From Elusimicrobia bacterium RIFOXYA2_FULL_50_26 (GTDB lineage Bacteria > Elusimicrobiota > Endomicrobiia > Endomicrobiales > XYA2-FULL-47-53): a DNA stretch of 42,591 nucleotides. Shown here piece after piece: positions 35,208 through 42,591 of the stretch. The translations under genes were made by a program, and so were the position numbers. The notes below the pieces were generated by a model. The model did no database searches, was not told the origin of the DNA, and was given only the letters and a program-made list of their open reading frames with translations. The first letter of the stretch is position 1. The number at the start of each line of letters is the position of its first letter. The stretch is from NCBI GenBank assembly GCA_001800355.1, contig MGVF01000038.1, forward strand, positions 1 to 42,591, in the 5' to 3' direction.

Positions 35208-36127
35208 AAACCACACGACTGACTGGTGCGCATGTCCATTCATTGATACTGCCGCGCAGGAAAGATTCCAATAAAGGCGACTACGGGCGCGTGCTCATTA
35301 TTGCCGGTTCAAAAGGAATGACCGGGGCCGCGGTGTTATGCGCCGCAGGCGCGTTGCGTTCAGGGGCGGGGCTTGTAACAGTTGCAGTGCCTCAAAGCGT
35401 GCAGGCAGTGGTTGCCGCGCAGCTGCATCCCGAGGCGATGATACTCGGGCTTGCCGAAACGAAGAGCGGGATGATAAGCCCCGCGGCGCTTGCCGATATT
35501 TTCAGGTGTATAGACGAAAAACAAATAACCGCGGTTGTCGTGGGACCCGGTATAGGGTTGTACCGCGAGATGACCGGTTTGATCAAAGACATATTGCAGA
35601 ATATTACTCTGCCCGTGGTTCTGGATGCCGATGCGATAAATGCGTTCAGCCGCCTGCGCGAAAACCATGGGTTCGCCATCCCGGCGCTTAAAGGAACTGC
35701 CGCCCAGGTAATTGTTACGCCGCATCCCGGCGAGATGAGCCGGCTTACCGGTATCTCCGTTGATGTGATTCAAAGCGACCGCCCTGCCGTGGCGCGCAGG
35801 TTTGCCGTCGAAAACGGTATAGTGTGTGTTTTAAAAGGGTATCGCACGGTTGTTGCCGATGGCGGCAGAATATTGATTAACTCTACCGGGAATCCCGGCA
35901 TGGCCACCGGCGGCGCGGGCGACGTTCTTGCAGGCGTAATAGGCGGTTTGATCGCGCAGGTCAAGGAGCCGTGCCTGTTTAATGCCGCCGCTGCGGGGGT
36001 TTACGTCCACGGTCTGGCCGGAGATAAGGCGGCAAATTGCAGGGGGCAAAGAGGGCTTCTTGCGGGCGATATTGCAGAAAATCTTCCGTATGTGCTAAAA
36101 GAGGTTTCATCCCATGCGGCCAAATAG
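35204..36127 (+). CDS. nnrD: ADP-dependent NAD(P)H-hydrate dehydratase (YjeF C-domain only)
   Basis: NKGDYG, IAGS..MTGAA, GAGLV, VLDADA, TPHPGEM, MATGGAGDVLAG. Confidence 0.92.
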   Translation: MKTTRLTGAHVHSLILPRRKDSNKGDYGRVLIIAGSKGMTGAAVLCAAGALRSGAGLVTVAVPQSVQAVVAAQLHPEAMILGLAETKSGMISPAALADIFRCIDEKQITAVVVGPGIGLYREMTGLIKDILQNITLPVVLDADAINAFSRLRENHGFAIPALKGTAAQVIVTPHPGEMSRLTGISVDVIQSDRPAVARRFAVENGIVCVLKGYRTVVADGGRILINSTGNPGMATGGAGDVLAGVIGGLIAQVKEPCLFNAAAAGVYVHGLAGDKAANCRGQRGLLAGDIAENLPYVLKEVSSHAAK

Positions 36128-38033
36128 CATGAATAAATTTTTTTTAATGCTTCCTATTTGTGTTATCTCGCCGGCTCTATCTTCCCTGGCGGCCGATGCG
36201 CCGCTTGTTCTGTTCTCAGACATGCCCGACGCTCCTGTCAGCGGCTGGGAGGCAAGCGCCACAAAAGGCGCGGCCGTTTCAATATGGGGAAGAAATTTTG
36301 GCTCGGCCAGAGGATCCTCGTATGTAACGGTGGGCGGCGTAGCTCTAATGAACGGCAGCGATTACGCTGAATGGGGGGCGACCGCGAACCCGGATGTCAG
36401 GCTCGGGATGCAAAGGATAACTTTCTTTCTTAATTCGTCGATGATAACGGGCGGCGCATACCCCAATACCTCTATCACGGTTACGGTTAATGGTGTGCCT
36501 TCCAATCAGTTAAAGTTCCATACAAGGGCGCTGGCTTCAAGCAAGATATATTTTTTCGATAATACCAATGGCAATGATTCATCGTACGATGGATTGTATT
36601 CCGCTGTTGCCGGGGCGGGCAACGGGCCTAAGAAGACCCCCGGCTGGTTTCGTGCAAATGCCGCGGCCGGCGATATTGCTTATTTCAGAGGAACAAGCGT
36701 TTATGAGACTGTCGACAACGACGGATTATACGCAAGGGCGCATATGCAGATGCGCGGCAACAGGTTCGAAAACGGGATCGAAGGGCGTTCCGTAAGCGTG
36801 GTATCATACCCGGGAGAAGTTGCCGAATGGTATGCCCCGAACACAGGTACTCCGGATGCGGCAGATAATTTTTCCAAGAACGTGGAAATGCAGTGGTCGG
36901 ATATAAGCTATTGGAATTTCTCAAAATTGAAATGGTATTTTTATGATTTCGGTTGGACCATGAGCATGGATTCAAGCGCGAATAACGTCAGGTTCGCCGG
37001 CATGGACGTTTCCAGTTACGGCGAATGGCAGGCGCAGGGCTGGAACATGTGCGCCGGCGGCGGCAACACCGGCACGGGCGGCAAAACGTCCGGCCATTTG
37101 TACTGGCTTGGCAACTGGGTGCATGATTTGGGTCCCGGGTCGGCTCCCAGCCATTACCGTCATTATCCGATTTATCTTAACGGTTACGGCATTACCGATT
37201 ACGTTTACTATGGCTACAACGAATTCGGCCCGTTGCCGAACACCATGATTGACGCTGAACACGGCGGCAGCAGGGCATTCGATATTTACGGGCATACCGC
37301 GGCCGATACCATAGACCACGTGTATATTTTCAATAATTACGCGCACCACATGACGAGGCAGCCCATGGCCATCGGTAACGGCGACGGTTCGCCGAATTTT
37401 CTAAGAAACGTTTATTTTTATAACAATATCATCGGGCCGCAAGACAGCGCCACGAACGAAAATACGATGTCCGTCGGCGCGGGAGTAACCGATCAAATGC
37501 TTGCCAACCTGAAATTTTACAATAATACGTTCGATTCCCGCGACGAGACGTGCGAGTTTATGTGGGACCAGTGCGATCCGGCGCTTGCGTTTAAAAATAA
37601 TATCGTCGTAGCCAATCTCTCGGGTTCTTCGGATCATTCCGTAACGCTTTATAACTTTTACGGCTGCCCTGCGGATACGGCAGTCAGGCTTGTTGGCAGC
37701 AACAATCTCTGGTACGGCAACTTGATTCACGACGGTATCCATGGCGGCAACCCGTGGAATGAAACGTCCACGCTGACTAATAATGATCCCCGTTTTGTAG
37801 TCGCGGCTCCGGAGAATGCCGCCGGTTACAGGTTGCAGGAAACAAGCCCGTGCAGGAATGCGGGCGTAGATTTGTCTTCTGAAATAGCCGAAGAATCAAT
37901 TGCAGGCGTCTACCGGGTCGGGGTTAACAGGGATTTCTACGGCGTACTGCGCGGAAGTCCGCCGCATATTGGCGCATTTGACGAGACTGACACGGTGGCT
38001 CCCACGGCGCCTGGCGGGGTAACGGTGCGTTAA
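36114..38033 (+). CDS. Secreted protein: IPT/TIG-like domain + right-handed parallel beta-helix (pectin-lyase-like fold)
   Basis: Signal peptide, VSIWGRNFGS..VTVGG, repeated N-rich rungs (YIFNNYAH, FYNNII, FYNNTF, FKNNIV), DPRFV..YRLQETSPC..HIGAF tail. Confidence 0.75.
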   Translation: MRPNSMNKFFLMLPICVISPALSSLAADAPLVLFSDMPDAPVSGWEASATKGAAVSIWGRNFGSARGSSYVTVGGVALMNGSDYAEWGATANPDVRLGMQRITFFLNSSMITGGAYPNTSITVTVNGVPSNQLKFHTRALASSKIYFFDNTNGNDSSYDGLYSAVAGAGNGPKKTPGWFRANAAAGDIAYFRGTSVYETVDNDGLYARAHMQMRGNRFENGIEGRSVSVVSYPGEVAEWYAPNTGTPDAADNFSKNVEMQWSDISYWNFSKLKWYFYDFGWTMSMDSSANNVRFAGMDVSSYGEWQAQGWNMCAGGGNTGTGGKTSGHLYWLGNWVHDLGPGSAPSHYRHYPIYLNGYGITDYVYYGYNEFGPLPNTMIDAEHGGSRAFDIYGHTAADTIDHVYIFNNYAHHMTRQPMAIGNGDGSPNFLRNVYFYNNIIGPQDSATNENTMSVGAGVTDQMLANLKFYNNTFDSRDETCEFMWDQCDPALAFKNNIVVANLSGSSDHSVTLYNFYGCPADTAVRLVGSNNLWYGNLIHDGIHGGNPWNETSTLTNNDPRFVVAAPENAAGYRLQETSPCRNAGVDLSSEIAEESIAGVYRVGVNRDFYGVLRGSPPHIGAFDETDTVAPTAPGGVTVR

Positions 38034-38036
38034 TTT

Positions 38037-39200
38037 ATGGATAAAAAAATGGAACTTAAACTTATTGAATTGCGGCGCGATATTCACCGGCATCCGGAGC
38101 TTGGCAACAAGGAGTTTCGTACCACGTCCGTGATTGAAAAGTTTCTCTCGCAGGCAGGGATCGTTACGCGTCGTCCGTCAAAAACCGGAGTGGTGGCGCT
38201 TATCTCAGGCACAAAAGAAGGTGCCGGTTCATCCCGTGTTATGGCATTACGCGCCGATATTGACGCATTGCCGATAGCTGAAAAAACAAACAAGCCTTAC
38301 AGCTCGCGCACGGCGGGCGTAATGCATGCCTGTGGCCATGACGCCAATACTGCCATGGTTGCCGGCGCGGCGCTCTTGCTGGCGCGCCGGAGAAATGAGT
38401 TTGCAGGCACGGTGAAATGTATTTTCCAGCCGAACGAGGAAGCGGCCGGCGGGGCGCTGGGCATGATTCGCGCGGGCGTGTTAAAGAATCCCGTGCCGGA
38501 CTGTATAGTGGGCATCCACGTAAATCCGTGGCTTAAAACCGGAACCCTCGGCGTAAAAGCCGGCGCGATGATGGCGGCGGTTGACCGTTTTACCATAAAG
38601 ATTGCCGGCGCGCGCAGCCACGGCGCTTATCCGCACCTGGGGAAAGATTCCATAGTGATCGCGGCGCAGGTTATACAATCGTTGCAGTCCGTGGTTGCCA
38701 GGCAGATTGACCCGGTTGATCCGGCGGTAGTTACCGTCGGGACCATACAGGGCGGGGAAGCGTTCAATGTTCTGGCCGGCAGTGTTACAATAACCGGAAC
38801 GGTGCGCGCGCTTAATAATAAAATGCGCCGCGACATCGAGCGCATAATGCGCCGGCACGTGGCGATGATTGTAAAGGCTTACGGCGCAGGTTACAGCTTC
38901 GAGTATGAGTCGCTGGGGCGCCCGCTTGAGAACTCGGCAAAAGTTCTTTCACTGTGCCGGCGCGCCGGCAGCGCAGCGCTGGGCAAAAAAAATATAGTGG
39001 AAATTGAAAAGCCGTCAATGGGCGGCGAGGATTTCTCGGAGTACCTCCGGTACGTGCCGGGGTGCTTCATATTCATGGGCGCGCGCCTTAGCGTGCCTCA
39101 TCCATGGCATAGTGAACTGTTCGACGTGGATGAACGCGCCCTCGCAAAAGGCGCCGCCGTTTTGGAAGAGATCGCCGTATCGTATTTACTCGGTAAATAG
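38037..39200 (+). CDS. M20D-family amidohydrolase
   Basis: RRDIHRHPELG, LRADIDALP, MHACGHD, FQPNEE, GGEDF. Confidence 0.92.
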   Translation: MDKKMELKLIELRRDIHRHPELGNKEFRTTSVIEKFLSQAGIVTRRPSKTGVVALISGTKEGAGSSRVMALRADIDALPIAEKTNKPYSSRTAGVMHACGHDANTAMVAGAALLLARRRNEFAGTVKCIFQPNEEAAGGALGMIRAGVLKNPVPDCIVGIHVNPWLKTGTLGVKAGAMMAAVDRFTIKIAGARSHGAYPHLGKDSIVIAAQVIQSLQSVVARQIDPVDPAVVTVGTIQGGEAFNVLAGSVTITGTVRALNNKMRRDIERIMRRHVAMIVKAYGAGYSFEYESLGRPLENSAKVLSLCRRAGSAALGKKNIVEIEKPSMGGEDFSEYLRYVPGCFIFMGARLSVPHPWHSELFDVDERALAKGAAVLEEIAVSYLLGK

Positions 39201-39208
39201 GAGGAATA

Positions 39209-39427
39209 ATGCTTGCTATTATTGTCGGCCTTGTGTTTATGGTTCTGGGGCTTCTCGGATTATTGGCCTGGTGGCCGGATTTTATCGCGGTATTCAAGGG
39301 GTTTGTGCCGATTATGATTATGATCGGCGGCTTGATAGCCGTGGTGGCCGGCGCGACCAGCGTGATGGATTCGATGGAACCAAAGGATGACAGCTCATCA
39401 AAACCGGAAGAAAAAAAGGAAGATTAA
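39209..39427 (+). CDS. Small two-TM membrane protein
   Basis: AGGAGG RBS, two hydrophobic helices, charged tail; fills the gap between its neighbours. Confidence 0.8.
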   Translation: MLAIIVGLVFMVLGLLGLLAWWPDFIAVFKGFVPIMIMIGGLIAVVAGATSVMDSMEPKDDSSSKPEEKKED

Positions 39428-39430
39428 CGC

Positions 39431-40456
39431 TTGGAAGTCCGGGATATAGGCGAATTTAATTTAGTCGAGCGGATACTTAAGGCGATTACACCGGCCGCCG
39501 GTGTCGGCGGGCGGTGCGTTGAAAGGCGCGCGCGCCTCGTCGTCGGCCCGGGGGACGACGCTTTTGCCGCGGAAGTGTCGCCAGGTTTTGCGATTGTCGG
39601 GACAAAGGATTTGCTGGTTGAGGATATACATTTCCGCCGCGATTGGGCAAGCCCTGAAGAGATAGGATATAAATCAATGGCGGTGAACGCAAGCGACCTT
39701 GCGGCAATGGGCGGGTGTGCGCCGTTATACGCCCTGGTAGGGCTTGCGCTTCCCGCCGGTACGGACGTGGATTTTGTAAAAAGGTTGTACCGTGGCATGA
39801 ACCGTTGCTGCAAGCGTTACTGTTTTTCGCTTGCCGGCGGCGATACGGTATCGTCGTTACGCGGGATAATCATCTCCGTTACCATGCTTGGCGCGGCGAA
39901 AAAAAAATATATTTTGACGCGTTCCGGCGCGCGTCCCGGCGACCTGGTGGCGGTAACCGGCACATTCGGCGATTCCGGCGCCGGTTTGCATCTTCTGCAA
40001 AAAGGCGGCAAGGGCGATTCCCCGGACGGACGCTATCTTATCCGCAAACATCTTTTACCGGAGCCGCGGTTTGCCGAAGCGGCGGCGCTGGCGCGTTCGG
40101 GGGCGGCAACGGCTCTGATAGATTCTTCAGACGGTCTTGCGGCGTCCGTCGGCTTTATCGCACAGGCAAGCGGCGCCGGCGCGCGCATTGACCTTGATAA
40201 AATACCTCTCTCGCGCGCATGGCGGCGGGTTGCAGCCGATGGAAAAATCGCCCCGTACCGCATGGCGCTTGCCGGCGGCGAGGATTACGAGCTGGTTTGC
40301 ACCGTGCGCGCCGGCAAGTTCGGCCTTTTAAAAAAACGCATACCTTCCCTTACCGCCGTAGGCGTTATCGCCGGCGAAAAAAAGATAGAGTACTTCCTCA
40401 ATGGCAAAAAACAAAATATCGCCACAAAAGGGTTCGAACACTTCGGGCGCGGTTAA
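39431..40456 (+). CDS. thiL: Thiamine-monophosphate kinase
   Basis: IGEFNLV, GDDA, NASDLAAMG, GGDT, IDSSDGL, GGEDYEL. Confidence 0.95.
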   Translation: MEVRDIGEFNLVERILKAITPAAGVGGRCVERRARLVVGPGDDAFAAEVSPGFAIVGTKDLLVEDIHFRRDWASPEEIGYKSMAVNASDLAAMGGCAPLYALVGLALPAGTDVDFVKRLYRGMNRCCKRYCFSLAGGDTVSSLRGIIISVTMLGAAKKKYILTRSGARPGDLVAVTGTFGDSGAGLHLLQKGGKGDSPDGRYLIRKHLLPEPRFAEAAALARSGAATALIDSSDGLAASVGFIAQASGAGARIDLDKIPLSRAWRRVAADGKIAPYRMALAGGEDYELVCTVRAGKFGLLKKRIPSLTAVGVIAGEKKIEYFLNGKKQNIATKGFEHFGRG

Positions 40457-40871
40457 CCGGGGTATTGTTGTCTCCCGTTCCGCGGCGCAGACCCGCGCCC
40501 TTGGCAAAGCATTTGCCGGGCGGCTGAAAGCGGGCGATACCGTATTTATAGAAGGTGAAGTCGGCAGCGGCAAGACTACGCTTGTGCAGGGAATAGCCCG
40601 CGGCATGGGCGTCAGGGGCGCCGTGCGCAGTTCAAGTTTCATCCTTATTAACGAGTACCGCGCAAAAGAAAGCGTGCCATTGTTCCATGTTGATTTGTAC
40701 CGCCTGCACGGGGACGATATATCCATGCTCGGGCTTGACGATTACCGCTATGCGGCGGGCATTATGCTTATCGAGTGGCCGTGCCTTTTGCGCCGCGCCG
40801 GCCGCCGCCCATCCTGGGAAATACGCATGAAATGGAAAAGCGACAACGAGCGTGTCATTGAAATAAAATGA
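40401..40871 (+). CDS. tsaE: tRNA t6A biosynthesis ATPase TsaE
   Basis: GEVGSGKTT Walker A, VRSSSF.LINEY, HVDLYRL, IEW. The only in-frame upstream start overlaps thiL by 56 nt. Confidence 0.9.
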   Translation: MAKNKISPQKGSNTSGAVNRGIVVSRSAAQTRALGKAFAGRLKAGDTVFIEGEVGSGKTTLVQGIARGMGVRGAVRSSSFILINEYRAKESVPLFHVDLYRLHGDDISMLGLDDYRYAAGIMLIEWPCLLRRAGRRPSWEIRMKWKSDNERVIEIK

Positions 40872-41521
40872 AAATATTGGCGATTGAAACTTCGGGGACG
40901 TGTTTTAGCGTGGCGCTGGCGGAAAGAGGCGCCGTTATCGCCGAAACGTTTTGGCATGGCGGGTTGGCACATTCTGAAAAACTGCTTCCCCATGTTGAAT
41001 GGCTGCTGGGGCAGGCGCAATGGCAGCCCGGCGATATAGAAAAAATTGCAGTTTCCACGGGGCCTGGAAGTTTTACGGGAATACGCGTGGGCATGGTATG
41101 TGCGCGCACAATGTCCCAGGCTCTCGGGCTTCCTTTGGCAGGTGTTTCGACCCTGGAAATATTGGCGGCCGGGGCCGCGTGCGCCGGCGCTCTGGTATAT
41201 CCTGCCATAGACGCATTGCGCAATGAAGTGTTTGTCATGTCCAAAAGCGGGAAAATCGGCATTATAAGCGTTGAACAGTTGTGCGCAAGGCTTAAAAAAA
41301 GCGCGCGCCCCGTCCTCGTGGCCGGGACCGCCGCCATCGCGTATCATGATTTGCTCAAAAAAGAGCTTTCGGGAAAGCTTGTCGCGCCCGCGCCGCTTGC
41401 GCATTTTCCGCGAGCCGGCGTGCTTGCGCTGCTTGCAGGCAGCCGAGCCGGCGCAAATTTCTCGTCTGTAACGCCTGTTTATATTAGAAAATCGTGGGCC
41501 GAAGAAAAAAGAAAAAAATAA
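40868..41521 (+). CDS. tsaB: tRNA t6A biosynthesis protein TsaB
   Basis: ILAIETS, HSEKL, GPGSFTGIRVG, IDA.RNEV, PVYIR. Confidence 0.94.
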   Translation: MKILAIETSGTCFSVALAERGAVIAETFWHGGLAHSEKLLPHVEWLLGQAQWQPGDIEKIAVSTGPGSFTGIRVGMVCARTMSQALGLPLAGVSTLEILAAGAACAGALVYPAIDALRNEVFVMSKSGKIGIISVEQLCARLKKSARPVLVAGTAAIAYHDLLKKELSGKLVAPAPLAHFPRAGVLALLAGSRAGANFSSVTPVYIRKSWAEEKRKK

Positions 41522-41524
41522 ACC

Positions 41525-41656
41525 TGTTTCTTTAGCATTTTGAAGTTGTCGTCGTCATTGCGAGCCCAAAGGGCGCGGCAATCTCGCTTTTCATCAGAAG
41601 CAACTTCGAGATTGCTTCGCTTTCGCTCGCAATGACCTCAAAATGCTAAAGAGACA
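41525..41656. mobile_element. Family A MITE/REP-like element, copy 3
   Basis: TIR TGTTTCTTTAGCATTTTGA / TCAAAATGCTAAAGAGACA; core nearly identical to the 5273 copy. Confidence 0.82.
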
Positions 41657-41679
41657 CAAATAAACTTACGGAGGCTGAC

Positions 41680-42468
41680 ATGGATTGGGGAATGAAGAAC
41701 CGTTTGTCTAAATTGATAGCAAAAGACGGCCATTGTTTTTTTATGCCGATTGACCATGGTTATTTCCAGGGGCCGACCAATTGCCTCGAAGAACCCGGCA
41801 AAACCATCGTTCCCCTGCTTAAATACTGCGATGCATTGTTCGCCACGCGCGGCGTTGTTCGTTCCTGCATAGACGCATCCGTTGATAAACCTGTTATCTT
41901 AAGGGTTTCCGGCGGCACGAGCATGGTTGGAAAAGATCTGGCGCACGAGGGCATCTCAACCTCTATCGAGGAGATTCTGCGCCTCAACGCGGCGGCCGTC
42001 GGCGTTTCCATTTTCGTAGGCAGCGACTACGAGCATGAGACGCTTATGAACCTCTCCGGCCTTGTCAACGAGTGCGAGCGCTACGGGATTCCAGTCATGG
42101 CCGTTACGGCCGTCGGAAAAGAGATCGGCAAAATGGAGCCGCGCTACCTTGCGCTTGCCTGCCGCATCGCGGCGGAGCTGGGGGCGCGTGTAGTTAAGAC
42201 CTATTGGTGCCAGAAGGATTTTGATAAGGTTGTGCGCGGCTGCCCCGTGCCGGTGGTTATGGCCGGCGGCCCTAAATGCGACACGGAAAAAGAGGTATTC
42301 GATTTTGTCTACGATGGTATGCAAAATGGCGCCATCGGCATAAATCTTGGCAGAAATATATGGCAGAATCCGCACCCCGTTGCCGTGGCCAAAGCCTTGT
42401 GGGCTATCGTACACGAAAAGAAATCATCCAAAGAAGCCTTTGAGATATTCAACGAGGCAAAAAAATAA
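41680..42468 (+). CDS. lsrF: LsrF-family class I aldolase/thiolase
   Basis: MDWGMKNRL, DHGYFQGPT, RIAAELGA..VKTY, AGGPK, GRNIWQ. Confidence 0.88.
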   Translation: MDWGMKNRLSKLIAKDGHCFFMPIDHGYFQGPTNCLEEPGKTIVPLLKYCDALFATRGVVRSCIDASVDKPVILRVSGGTSMVGKDLAHEGISTSIEEILRLNAAAVGVSIFVGSDYEHETLMNLSGLVNECERYGIPVMAVTAVGKEIGKMEPRYLALACRIAAELGARVVKTYWCQKDFDKVVRGCPVPVVMAGGPKCDTEKEVFDFVYDGMQNGAIGINLGRNIWQNPHPVAVAKALWAIVHEKKSSKEAFEIFNEAKK

Positions 42469-42591
42469 TGAATATGCGCGTGGCGGTATATTACAAGAAT
42501 AGCGATGTGCGCGTCGAGGAGCGCCCCAGGCCTGTGGCAGGGCGGGGTGAGATTCTTGTTAAGGTTATGGCAAGCGGAATATGCGGCAGCG
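42468..42591 (+). CDS. Zinc-dependent (MDR) alcohol dehydrogenase, 3'-partial
   Basis: Hand translation MNMRVAVYYKNSDVRVEERPRPVAGRGEILVKVMASGICGS gives a GroES-like N-terminus with GICGS; runs off the window. Confidence 0.85.
   Translation, partial: MNMRVAVYYKNSDVRVEERPRPVAGRGEILVKVMASGICGS

Overview
All supported genes lie on the + strand, in three blocks. (1) 1-5150: the C-terminal ~1,700 aa of a giant multidomain protein whose frame is open to the window edge. It has an APH/choline-kinase-like phosphotransferase domain, a short membrane module ending in HAIYN, an amidoligase-like domain, and a C-terminus of ...DTLKAA. (2) 5564-20751: a tightly packed 10-gene envelope/signalling cluster encoding a membrane Hanks-type Ser/Thr kinase (PEGA repeats, zinc ribbon), two paralogous phage-tail-fibre-like secreted proteins, a protein with a T9SS-CTD/FlgD-Ig-like C-terminus, a PorV-like beta-barrel, an SLH-like coiled-coil protein, a 2xFHA-TM-FG-GAP propeller protein, a membrane PP2C phosphatase, a double-receiver regulator, a PorV-like barrel fused to TPRs, and a stand-alone CTD protein. 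This is the best candidate for an undescribed system: a phosphorylation-controlled, T9SS-like surface fibre display module. (3) 21364-42591: a mostly housekeeping run (MgtE-like + Nramp-like, tilS, hpt, ftsH, folE, folP, cdaA, a 50-aa CdaR-like peptide, glmM, pdxJ, glmS, acpS, nnrD, a secreted beta-helix protein, M20 amidohydrolase, thiL, tsaE, tsaB, lsrF, partial Zn-dehydrogenase). Intergenic regions hold several families of palindromic REP/MITE-like elements, some nested inside one another. The gene content suggests an Elusimicrobiota-like diderm (inference only). No searches were run; all calls come from reading motifs by eye.
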